DNA from: Clostridiales bacterium
GTDB taxonomy: Bacteria; Bacillota; Clostridia; Acetivibrionales; DUMC01
Reading direction: 5' to 3'
Assembly: GCA_035362115.1 (NCBI GenBank)
Contig: DAOSDD010000001.1
Span: 1-55,413, forward strand
Length of the DNA: 55,413 nucleotides
Shown: in pieces, positions 1-9,600 of the stretch
How positions within the stretch are numbered: the stretch's first letter is position 1
Layout: each line of letters begins with the position of its first letter
The notes under the pieces: model-generated
Told to the model about the DNA's origin: nothing
Seen by the model: only the letters and a program-made list of their open reading frames with translations
Databases searched by the model: none
Translations under genes and position numbers: made by a program

Positions 1-1
1 T

Positions 2-301
2 TTCCATATTCATCAGTTTGGAGATTGCCAGGTAGGTAACCCATCAGAACCTTTCAAAGCTTCCGGAGAGCATTGGAATCCTACAAACCAGCCACATGGG
101 AACCATGCAGGCGACTTTCCCGTCCTATTCTCAAATAATGGTTATGCAAGGATGTGCTTCTTTACTAATAAATTTAAGGCATCTGATGTCGTAGGAAAGT
201 CAGTAATTATACATGAAAATCCAGATGATTACAGGACACAACCTGCAGGCGCATCAGGAAAACGTATTGGATGTGGAGTAATAAGAAGGCCTTTCGAATA
301 A
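2..301 (+). CDS. sodC: Cu/Zn superoxide dismutase family protein, C-terminal fragment (5' end outside window)
   Basis: Frame 2 is open from the window edge to TAA at 299-301. Translation FHIHQFGDC..HGNHAGDFP..IIHENPDDY..GKRIGCGVI carries the Cu/Zn-SOD His ligand clusters and the C-terminal G-x-R-I-x-CGVI signature. Confidence 0.85.
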   Translation, partial: FHIHQFGDCQVGNPSEPFKASGEHWNPTNQPHGNHAGDFPVLFSNNGYARMCFFTNKFKASDVVGKSVIIHENPDDYRTQPAGASGKRIGCGVIRRPFE

Positions 302-313
302 GAGAGGCTTTTT
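289..313 (+). terminator. Putative Rho-independent terminator of sodC
   Basis: GCCTTTC (289-295) pairs with GAGAGGC (302-308), including one G:U pair, with a 6-nt loop containing the stop codon, followed by TTTTT. Confidence 0.45.
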
Positions 314-645
314 ATATTGATATGTTTTATTTTATTACAGGAAATATATTTTCAAAATTAAAAAATACACTTTTTTTGTTGTATTGTATTAGTTGTATTG
401 TATTATATGTATATATTATACTTTACAGCTTTTTTCATAAACAACTGTTTAAACTTGCATTAAAGTACTAATAATTATACAATGGTGTTGTAATATTAAG
501 GTTTAATATGAAAACATATTATTGATGTGGATTATTATAAATAATAATTACGTTTTATATATTAACAATTATGTTTTATATGTAAAATGTAGTATTTGCT
601 TATTTACATTAATTTATTAATATTATAAGGAGTGATGATTTAACA

Positions 646-1908
646 ATGGCAGTTTCTAAAATAATAATTAGAGGAATTCCCGAAAAAGCACCCAGGATAA
701 GTGATACCGGAGATGTAGTATTGATTTTTAAAATACCTGTGGACAAGCTATCAATAAGCAATTCATCAACAAATACTTCATCAACAGATAATTCATCAAC
801 AGATAATTCATCAACAGATAATTCGTATTACAGGGTATTTGTTGAAAAGGCCTTGTGGAAAAAGGTTTCAAGAGAGATAAATGAATCAACTTATTATATT
901 ATTGAAGGTTTACCCAAAGCAAGTGTAAGTTCAAAAGGGCTGCCTTTCCTATCAGTTCTATGTATTGATGTAAAGGTTATTAATGGTTTTTTGGAAGATG
1001 AATCTTCTCCAGGTTCCTTTAAATTCCCGGGAGAGCTTCCTGAAAATACCGAAGCTGTTATTCCTATTTCATCTATTACAATACCCGGTAATATTAATGA
1101 ACCCAATACAGCCAAGACAAGAGCCTTTAATTATTTTAAAAGACATGGAACATTCCAAAATGCTATAGTTGTGAAAAAAGACACTATGACTCTGGTTTCA
1201 GGTTATGCAAACTACCTTCTGGCCAAAGACTTGAATATTGAAATTGTTCCAGTTTCTTATAACCTCATGACAGGAACTCCGTCAAAAGATGAATATGCAA
1301 TTAAAAGAATTTTGTGGTATATACCCGAAGAAGTTACTGAATTAAATGTAAAAGATATTCTCCTAACAGAAGATGTTCATCTGAATGTGCAGAACTTTGT
1401 TTTCAGCATTAATCTCAAGGAAATTTTCAAAAGCAAACTTATAGACACTCCTATTTCAGTAAGGCCGACAAGCGATGGAAAATATAGTCTGGTTACAGGT
1501 GCTGCCAGATATTTTGCTGCGAAAATCCTTGATATTGAGAAAATACCTGCAGTAATAACAGATATGACCCATGATGAATTTTTAGAAAATAGGATTATGA
1601 AACATCGTAATGATAATGATAGCATCGATAAAGAAAACAAAGCTGCCGACAATAAAAAAGCCGGAGCAGCAGCAAAAAATGAAGGAGAAACTCTCCTTTC
1701 ATTAATTACAATTCCGGAAGCATTTGCAAGAACAAGACCTAGGCTGGAAAAGATAAAGGAAAGTATGGATTATTACAAAAAACATGGAAAATTCGATAAG
1801 CCTGTTGTTATTAAAGGGGATTCTAACCTTTTAATTGATGGTTATAAGAGATATGTCGCAGCAAAAGAGCTGGGTCTTAAATCTATCTGGACTATAAAGG
1901 TCAGATAA
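646..1908 (+). CDS. Hypothetical multidomain protein: OB-fold-like N-terminus plus three ParB/Srx-like N-terminal-domain modules
   Basis: 420-aa ORF with AAGGAG upstream. Three internally similar modules lie at aa ~138-205, 228-305 and 349-419. Each ends in a G-[YA]-x-[NR]-Y-x-x-AK-x-L motif followed by a short beta-strand-like (I/V)P.V segment, as in ParB N-terminal domains. The N-terminal ~110 aa has an SSB/OB-like alternating pattern (VVLIFKIPV..YRVFVEKALWKKV..YYIIEG..LSVLCIDVKVI). Confidence 0.6.
   Translation: MAVSKIIIRGIPEKAPRISDTGDVVLIFKIPVDKLSISNSSTNTSSTDNSSTDNSSTDNSYYRVFVEKALWKKVSREINESTYYIIEGLPKASVSSKGLPFLSVLCIDVKVINGFLEDESSPGSFKFPGELPENTEAVIPISSITIPGNINEPNTAKTRAFNYFKRHGTFQNAIVVKKDTMTLVSGYANYLLAKDLNIEIVPVSYNLMTGTPSKDEYAIKRILWYIPEEVTELNVKDILLTEDVHLNVQNFVFSINLKEIFKSKLIDTPISVRPTSDGKYSLVTGAARYFAAKILDIEKIPAVITDMTHDEFLENRIMKHRNDNDSIDKENKAADNKKAGAAAKNEGETLLSLITIPEAFARTRPRLEKIKESMDYYKKHGKFDKPVVIKGDSNLLIDGYKRYVAAKELGLKSIWTIKVR
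762..824 (+). repeat. In-frame 15-bp tandem repeat (about 4 units, TTCATCAACAGATAA; peptide SSTDN)
   Basis: Direct reading: units at 762, 777, 792 and 807. The repeat is inserted inside the N-terminal domain of the 646-1908 ORF. Confidence 0.9.
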
Positions 1909-1917
1909 TTCGTCTCA

Positions 1918-1977
1918 ACAATGTGTGTATTCAATATTCAATGTGTGCATTCAGTATTCAATGTGTGCCTTCAGTAT
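1918..1977. repeat. Intergenic 20-bp tandem repeat x3 (CAATGTGTGCATTCAGTATT)
   Basis: Units at 1918, 1938 and 1958 differ by 1-3 nt. The last unit overlaps the addA stop codon (1971-1973). Confidence 0.9.
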
Positions 1978-4900
1978 TCCACTATTTCTCCATTCCAGAA
2001 TAAGTAAACATACTTTTCCTTAACCCTCTTATGAAGCAGTTTTTCCAGAACCATTGTGTAATACTGAATCTGTGTTCTATACCTCTCCCTTACCTGCATG
2101 ATTGCGTCCCGTCCTGCTCCTGGTAATATGTAATCAGTTTTGTAATCCAGGAGCACCAACTCATCATGCTCTTCAAAAAAGCAGTCAATAACGCCCTGAA
2201 GAAGTACTGTTTCATGGTCAAGGTCAAGATCATGGTCATGGTCATGCCCTTGAATATTATCCTTCACATTGTTGAATAATTCGCTATAACTCACTTGAAT
2301 ATTGAATGGCACTTCCCTATATATTTTCGTGGAATTCAACATTCTTCTGCCAATGGGCGAAGAAAAAAATCCATATACTTTTTCAAGATTAATTGACTTT
2401 GCCTGCTGCTTTGTTAATAAGCCCTTTTCAACCATTACATCGACCTGGCTTTTTATCTGTATAACATCGCCTACCTTGTTTAAATTAAGATGCTGCATTA
2501 CAAAATGCAGTACTGTCCCAATCTCGGCTGCACTAAGCCCCTTGCTTTCTTCCAGGAAAGCAGGCTTTTTTATAAGGGTCGGAGTAAATATCGAAAACTG
2601 TTTGTACTCATCTGAAGTATCAAAAGAAAATCTCCTTTTAAGTTCGGTAACAGATACTTTAATTGGAATACGTGATGCCTCATAGTATTTATATTCCCAG
2701 CCCAATCTTCTCTGTATTTCATCGTAATAATTACTGCGCCCTTTTTCAACTGTCAGGATTTCATCTGACATTTTGGTAATTTCCTCAAGGATTTCCTGAC
2801 TAGCTTGACGAGATTGTTTTTCTTTTTTATCTTCGTCAATGATATCTTCCTTGCGCCAAACTGAAATATCCCATAATTTTAAGTCGGGATGACCACCATC
2901 TCTATAGTTTGTTTCAGGAGCAAGAGAGCTGTCACCTTGCTTTGCAGTGATTGGAGAACCGTCCCCCTGCTTCTGAATGGCAGAACAAATCCAATCCAGG
3001 TAATTCCTGCCTCGTAAAATAACATGTCCCGGGATTGTATCTTCATCAGCAGAACCAAATTCTCTCCACCGTGAAATGCTTTTGCTTAAGTTTTTTACAG
3101 TACCAGTTAGTATCAGTTTTTCTCTTGCCCTGGTAAAGCCTACATATAAAATTCGCATTTCCTCTGATAAGCTTTCTACTTTAATTTGATACCGTAACGC
3201 TTCCTTTGCAAGTGTTGGATATGCTATTCTTTTTTCGATATCCACATAGTCGGGTCCAAATCCAAGTTCCTGATGCAGGATTATGCTTTTATTCATATCC
3301 TGAAGGTTAAATCCTTTTCCGCAGCCTGATAGTATTACTACAGGGAATTCGAGACCTTTGCTTTTGTGTATGCTCATGATTCTTACTACATTTTCATTTT
3401 CTCCAAGGATTTTAGCACTTCCCATATCACCCCTGCCGCTTCTGAGTCTGTTAATAAAATTCACAAAATTAAAAAGTCCCTTATAGCTTGTTTCCTCAAA
3501 TTTTGCTGCCTGTTCAAAGAGCATTCTGAGATTGGCCTGACGCTGCTCACCTCCGGGCATAGCTCCTACATAACTGAAAAAGCCTGTTTCAGTGTACAGA
3601 TACCAAATAAGCTCATCAGTAGACATATATAATGCCTTGTCCCGCCATTTTTCAAGAGTTTCAAGAAATACTACGGTTTTTTCCTTTAACTTGCTGACAG
3701 TTTTTTCTTCGCTATCGGTTTCAACATCGACGGTTTCAACATCACCGGTTTTAATATTTCCAGTTTCAACATCACCAGTTTCAATATTTCCAGTTTCAAT
3801 ATTTCCAGTTTCAGCATTTTCAGTTTCAGCATTTCCATTAATTGATATGGGACTGCCTTCTTCCCAGTTGCTAACACCGGCAAACTTTCTGAGAGCCTCA
3901 TAAAGAATTGCCTCCCTATCTGTAAGCCTTATATCTGCAAGTTCATCAGGAGTAAAAGCTACAAACGGTGAACGAAGTACAGCTAGCAGAGGTATATCCT
4001 GTAAAGGATTATCAATAACTTGCAGCAATGAAAGGATAATTTGTACTTCAACGGTTTTAAAAAACCCTGTCCCTGTATCTGCATAAACAGGTATACCCTG
4101 GCGTGTAAGCTCTTCCACAAATACATCAGACCAGGTTTTAGTTGAGCGAAGAAGTATTACTATATCCCTATATTCTATTGGCCTATAACTCCTGCTGTTT
4201 TTATCATAAACTGAAAATTCCCTATCTAATTCTCTATCTAATTCTCTACCTGATTCCCTATCTTCGGAATTAAAGAGTCTCTTGATTCTTTCTGCTACAA
4301 CTCTTGCTTCACACTGTATATTGTCAAGTGGTTCCTCACCATAAAGAAAATGTGCAGAATCACCCATATCAGTATCAGATTGATAATTATCAGGCGTTTC
4401 AGTATTATATGCATCAGTATAGGATGCATAATTGTCAGTTGTATAGTTGTCAGATGCATTAGCACCGGGCATATCATTTTCATGTGTATCAGAGTAATAT
4501 ATGCCGTCAGATTCATGGGGTGATTTTGTATTTTCCCCTTCCTCACTCTCCAGTTCAATAAGATGTAATTCTGCAGTTCCACCTGCTTTTTGTGTTTCTC
4601 CGGGTTCTTCGTAGAAAGCACCAGGGTTTAAAGCTTCATTTTCATCATAATTCAGTTCTCCTGCATCCTCAGACATTATCCGGGTGAAAATAAAGTTTAT
4701 ACTGTCAATTACTTCCCTACGGCTTCTAAAATTCTTGTATAACTGAATTTTTCTATATTTATTACCCTTTTCAAGTGAATATGTGTTGTATTTTTCCAGG
4801 AACAGTTCGGGTTTAGCCTGCCGGAAGCGGTAGATACTCTGTTTTACATCCCCAACCATAAAAATGTTGGGGGTATCCAGATCATTTCTTGATATCACAT

Positions 4901-6392
4901 TAAGTATTATCTCCTGAACCAAATTACTGTCCTGGTACTCATCAATAAGTATTTCTTCAAATTTATGTTTATATTCCACAGCAACATCAGATGGTAGAAA
5001 ACTCCCATCAGATTTTTTTTCAGTCAGAATATCCAGGCAGAAATGTTCCAGGTCGTTAAAGTCCAAAAGGGACTTTTCTCTTTTCTTTTCAGCATACATA
5101 CAGCCAAATTTAATTACCAGTTCAGAAAGGTATTTCAATAGTGGATAGACATGCTGCAAGTCTGCTATAATATCTTTTGAACAAGTAGTGAAAATATCCT
5201 CCTGCAGCTTTTTTATTCTTTTCTTTACATCGTCTCTTATGGACTTTACACGTTCCTGCTGCTCCTTATCCACATCTTTTTTGCAGGGTGGAAGTCTTTT
5301 AAAACTAAATGATAGGAGACAGTTGTAAAGGACGTCCCAGATGTTCCCATAAATGGTATAAGTGTCAGCGGCAGTACTGGCATTGGTACTGGCATTAGCA
5401 CCAGTGTCAGCGCTGACAATATTACCGGTATAATCAGCATCGTCGTTAGCATGATCAGCAATATTACCGGTATCATCAGCATCGTTGACAGCATGATCAG
5501 CAATATTACCGGTATCATCAGCATCGTCGGCAGCATGATCAGCAATATTACCGGTATCTATGTTTTCAATTAAATCCATACTCAATTTGCAGGTTTTATA
5601 TAAAGATTCAATCTCATTTTTTTCTTCCTGAAAGTTTAAAAGATAAGGATTTAGGCCTTCTGAAGCCTCAATTATAGTGATGGCCTTTTCCATTATTTCT
5701 TTCAGGCTCATCAATTCAATTGCTGTATTTTTTAAAAGTACTCTTCCCCATAATGTTTTGGCAAAATCCTCTTCATCGGTCAAGTTAAAATACCCGGTCT
5801 TTTCATTCAGCCAATCTTCAGGCCAGGGATAACTTTGAATAAACTCATATATGGTTAATATCATGTTTTTTAGGGCTTGATCATCCCTATTTCCGCCATA
5901 GGACTCAAGAAGGTCAAAGAATTCCTCCTTAAGTTTATCTTGGTCATATATTTCGTCAAACATGTCATCGAGTGTTTCTATTTTCATTAATATGGCTTCA
6001 GTCTCATCTGATATTCTGAACCCGGGGTTAAGTCCAATATAATGGAAATTATTTCTAATTACCTCCATACAGAAAGAGTGTATTGTCGTTATGTTGGCCT
6101 TATTCAGGAGGGCCAGCTGTCTTTGAAGCAATATTGACCGGGGATTTTTATCAAGGGCTTTAGAAATAGCATCCGCAATACGCTCCCTCATCTCAGTGGC
6201 GGCAGCGTTGGTGAAAGTTACTACAAGAAGCCTGTCGATATCAACCGGGTGTTCTTCGCAGGTTATTTTCCTGATTATTCTTTCTACCAAAACCGCCGTT
6301 TTGCCTGCTCCTGCTGCTGCTGCCACTAGAAGATTACAGTCTTTTTCTGTTATTGCTTCAAGTTGCTCATTAGTCCATCTGGCTTCTGCCAA
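1971..6392 (-). CDS. addA: ATP-dependent helicase/nuclease AddA (RecBCD-analogue subunit A), enlarged by repeat insertions
   Basis: 1473-aa ORF with a TTG start. It has UvrD/PcrA-type motif I (AAAGAGKTAVL), the VGDVKQSIYRFR motif and a C-terminal RecB-type nuclease motif (GVIDCFF..LLDYKTD). It lies immediately downstream of addB. Confidence 0.95.
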   Translation of the reverse strand: MAEARWTNEQLEAITEKDCNLLVAAAAGAGKTAVLVERIIRKITCEEHPVDIDRLLVVTFTNAAATEMRERIADAISKALDKNPRSILLQRQLALLNKANITTIHSFCMEVIRNNFHYIGLNPGFRISDETEAILMKIETLDDMFDEIYDQDKLKEEFFDLLESYGGNRDDQALKNMILTIYEFIQSYPWPEDWLNEKTGYFNLTDEEDFAKTLWGRVLLKNTAIELMSLKEIMEKAITIIEASEGLNPYLLNFQEEKNEIESLYKTCKLSMDLIENIDTGNIADHAADDADDTGNIADHAVNDADDTGNIADHANDDADYTGNIVSADTGANASTNASTAADTYTIYGNIWDVLYNCLLSFSFKRLPPCKKDVDKEQQERVKSIRDDVKKRIKKLQEDIFTTCSKDIIADLQHVYPLLKYLSELVIKFGCMYAEKKREKSLLDFNDLEHFCLDILTEKKSDGSFLPSDVAVEYKHKFEEILIDEYQDSNLVQEIILNVISRNDLDTPNIFMVGDVKQSIYRFRQAKPELFLEKYNTYSLEKGNKYRKIQLYKNFRSRREVIDSINFIFTRIMSEDAGELNYDENEALNPGAFYEEPGETQKAGGTAELHLIELESEEGENTKSPHESDGIYYSDTHENDMPGANASDNYTTDNYASYTDAYNTETPDNYQSDTDMGDSAHFLYGEEPLDNIQCEARVVAERIKRLFNSEDRESGRELDRELDREFSVYDKNSRSYRPIEYRDIVILLRSTKTWSDVFVEELTRQGIPVYADTGTGFFKTVEVQIILSLLQVIDNPLQDIPLLAVLRSPFVAFTPDELADIRLTDREAILYEALRKFAGVSNWEEGSPISINGNAETENAETGNIETGNIETGDVETGNIKTGDVETVDVETDSEEKTVSKLKEKTVVFLETLEKWRDKALYMSTDELIWYLYTETGFFSYVGAMPGGEQRQANLRMLFEQAAKFEETSYKGLFNFVNFINRLRSGRGDMGSAKILGENENVVRIMSIHKSKGLEFPVVILSGCGKGFNLQDMNKSIILHQELGFGPDYVDIEKRIAYPTLAKEALRYQIKVESLSEEMRILYVGFTRAREKLILTGTVKNLSKSISRWREFGSADEDTIPGHVILRGRNYLDWICSAIQKQGDGSPITAKQGDSSLAPETNYRDGGHPDLKLWDISVWRKEDIIDEDKKEKQSRQASQEILEEITKMSDEILTVEKGRSNYYDEIQRRLGWEYKYYEASRIPIKVSVTELKRRFSFDTSDEYKQFSIFTPTLIKKPAFLEESKGLSAAEIGTVLHFVMQHLNLNKVGDVIQIKSQVDVMVEKGLLTKQQAKSINLEKVYGFFSSPIGRRMLNSTKIYREVPFNIQVSYSELFNNVKDNIQGHDHDHDLDLDHETVLLQGVIDCFFEEHDELVLLDYKTDYILPGAGRDAIMQVRERYRTQIQYYTMVLEKLLHKRVKEKYVYLFWNGEIVEY
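2212..2246 (-). repeat. In-frame 6-bp repeat (HD/LD dipeptide run) near the AddA C-terminus
   Basis: CATGGTCAAGGTCAAGATCATGGTCATGGTCATG encodes GHDHDHDLDLDH. Confidence 0.8.
3716..3835 (-). repeat. In-frame 15-bp tandem repeat x8 inside addA (peptide ETGN[IV]/ETGDV)
   Basis: Eight consecutive 15-nt units C[AG]GTTTCAA[CT]AT[CT][AT]C are read directly. Confidence 0.9.
4217..4264 (-). repeat. In-frame 12-bp tandem repeat x4 inside addA (peptide RELD)
   Basis: ATTC[CT]CTATCTA-like units at 4217, 4229, 4241 and 4253. Confidence 0.85.
5418..5558 (-). repeat. In-frame 42-bp tandem repeat, about 3.3 units, inside addA (peptide DTGNIADHAxDDAD)
   Basis: Units start at 5418, 5460 and 5502, with a partial unit at 5544. 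Only 2-4 substitutions separate the units. Confidence 0.9.
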
Positions 6393-6611
6393 TTCTTTCA
6401 GTCCTTTCCATTCTAGTTTCGCATATCAATTTATACTTTACATTAGTACATTTATGATTATATTTAATGCTTCATTTGGCATTTCGTATTCTACGTTTTG
6501 TACTATATTTTACATTTCATATCACACATAACATTTTATAATTATATATGATTCTACTGCATTAACTCAATTTCACTACAAAAAGTCCAATGCTGTTACA
6601 TTATGCTTTAA

Positions 6612-9600
6612 TCAAATTTTACAGTCTTTTTCATTTTCGGCACAGTACATGTCCATCGAACTCCAAACCTCATCATCATTCCTATCAGTTATAATCCTGT
6701 ACTTATTATCTTTTAGAACAGGATCAAACTGGCATATTGATTTATAGCTGCAATATTGGCATGAAGTTATATTTTTGTTCTTATATGGGCTAATGGAAAT
6801 ATCACCTCTCATTATTTCCGTTCCCATATTTTCAAGAAGCTTTCTCACATATTTACGGAGTGTATTGAACTGCTCAATAGTAGCTGCTGAAGAATTCTTT
6901 CCCAAAATGTCTCCCTTATTTATCCTTGCAGGTATTATGAGAGAAGAACCATCAATTGTCCTGTCCATCTCTTTTATTACTTTCACATCTGCAAGTAAAA
7001 GACCTTTCATTTTCAGTTGTTTCATTATAGCTTTTTCAACTTCCTCCTCATCAAACTCCTTTCTATTCCTTATTATAGGATCGTCAATTTTAAAGTATAA
7101 AATTCCTCCTGGTATCATAGGAAGTTTAAATTCTTTATTCATCCTATCATTTCTTCTACTATTTTCGTTTTCTTCTCCATCCTCTCTCCAGAGAGCATCA
7201 AGATAAGTTATAAGCTGAATCTGAAGTCCATAAAATACATTAGAAAGGCTAAAGTCCTTACTGCCGGATTTATAATCTATTATCCTGATATAAGTACCAT
7301 CCCCGGTTTCAAGTGCATCAACTCTGTCAATTCGTCCTGTGAGTTTTATTACCTCTCCGGATGGAAGTTCAATATTTATAGGAGGCAGTCCATCCCTGCC
7401 GCCAAAATTTATTTCATAACCAACAGGCTCAAAGCCTCCTCTTTTTACATGCTCCACTATAAGCCATACAGCTCTTAAAAGTACTCTATCCAGCCTTTTT
7501 ACAAGAATTCTGTAACGCTTTGTTCCGTTTTTAATTGGTCCTCCTTGCATTTTCTCCAGCAATTCATCGGATATTTTATGTACAATTCCAGAACACTCTT
7601 CTTTGCTGATATTCCGCCAGGATATACCGTTTTCAGCCATGTATCTTGAGAATTCCTCCAATACTGCATGCAGGAACGTGCCGATATCTGGTGGAGTCAG
7701 CTGAAAAATTTTGCGTTCTTTTACCTTCAAACCATATTGAATATAATACGAAAAGGGACATGAGGCATATTTTTCCAGCCTGGACACACTGGAATATGCA
7801 GGGTTTCCATAGAGTTGAACAGCCTTTTGCCTGCTTACAGGCTCAACCAGATTGGTATAGGCCAGTGCCGACATTGCAGTAGAACATCTATGCCGCCATT
7901 TATCATGATTTGCAAACCATAGGTAAACATCCTTCCATAATGGGTTCATATTTTCCCCATCAACGGTCTTTCTTATAATAGAAAGCAGCTCATTAAATGT
8001 TGGGTTCCGCCCTGATATGAGCTTCATATCTTCATTATCCATTCCGGAATATACAATATTGTTTTCCTCTAAAATGCTAGGGAAAATCTTCCTTAGCCTT
8101 GATATTATTATTGATGGACGCAGTGTTTTGCCTTCGTGGTCAGCTATGGGTACACTCAATTTCAGATATTTTTCCGCTGTAGTTAATGTTGAATATATCA
8201 TATATTGATCCTCAAAGGCTTTGGTTCTGGTATCACTGGCCAGCTCCATGCCTAGAGATTGCAGTACTCCCCTATCCATATCAGATAAAATCCCTTCTCC
8301 ATCACCCGGGGCAGGAAACACGCCATCATTTACGCCCAGTATATAAAGAGCTTTTACATCATGGCTCTTTGAGCGCTCTATATTGCCAACCAACACCTGG
8401 TCAAGAGCAGGTGGAATAAGACCTATTTTATACTCCCCAAAGCCTATTCCAATTATATTTAAGAATCTTTCAAGTCCAATTCTTTCATCACCCAGCAATT
8501 CAACCGTCTGGTCCAGCACTTCCATAGTAATATTCCAGACCTGTCCATATTCCCCGGCAAGAGCCAGCTCACCCTGATTCTCAAATTTATCTAAATACAT
8601 TTCAATCCTGTCAGGCACTTCCAGATTGCATAGCAAATCAAACAATGCTTCACATATATCACTGGTTGATTTTCTTCCTGAAGCATGGCGGTGAAATTCC
8701 ACCAGCGGTGCTGTTATTCTTCGGCGTATATCATTTATTTTTATCAGCAAGTCATCATATGCCTGTTTTTCGGACTCTTCCCATATCATATCAGGTATGT
8801 ATTCCCAGTCATCTTCTCTCGTCCATTTGTTTCCTCTTATTCCACAGGCCAGAACATAGTTTTCAATTAAGTCAATTTCTTCTCTGGGAATACCGGCAAG
8901 TCCGGTCTTTAAATATCCGAAAACTGCTTCATATGACCAATTGTAAATGAATATTTCAAATACGGACATTATCATCTGTATGAGGGGATGATGTGTTATA
9001 TTTCTTTTTTTATCAATGAAATATGGTATACCATACTGTGTAAATATAACTCTGATAAATTTATCATATGTATCCAGATTCCCGCATACAACAGTTACAT
9101 CCTTATATCTTAAACCTTCATCCCTGCATAAACATATAATATCTCTTGCAGTATGCTCAATTTCCGTGTATATATTTGAAGCCGTAAAAATACTAATGTC
9201 CGTTGTTTTACCAGTGTTCTCCTGATACTTTTTATATGGAAAGGCATAGAAATATCTTTCCAGGTGCTCAAGTTCCTGACTGTTCTTAAACCTGTGGTTT
9301 TGCCTTTTAAGAATTACAGGAGACTCAACAGTTATATTGTATTCCTCAGCAATTTTGGTCAGTTTCTTAACTACATTTTTTGCAGGATAAAACACATCAA
9401 CGCAATTGATCCCGATATTGCCATTACTATTGCCATAACCATTGCCTGAACCCGATATCCCATCCGGTCCCGTAACTGAACCAAGAGCATTACCTGTACT
9501 TAGACATAATTCTGCAAATTCATCTACCAGACAGTCGGTACAAAGACATATATTAATTCTGGAAACTTTCGTCATAAGCTTAGCAATTACTTTATACTCC

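Noticed and set aside
271-471. A 66-aa ORF downstream of sodC.
   Set aside because: It starts inside the sodC 3' end and runs through the terminator and an extremely AT-rich promoter region. The translation is F/Y/I/L-rich nonsense with no RBS.
6393-6611. An unusually long (219 bp) AT-rich spacer between addB and addA, considered as a possible small gene or ncRNA.
   Set aside because: There is no ORF of 60 aa or more, no convincing hairpins or repeats, and nothing resembling a known RNA motif. It is most simply an internal promoter/UTR region. Transcript mapping would settle it.
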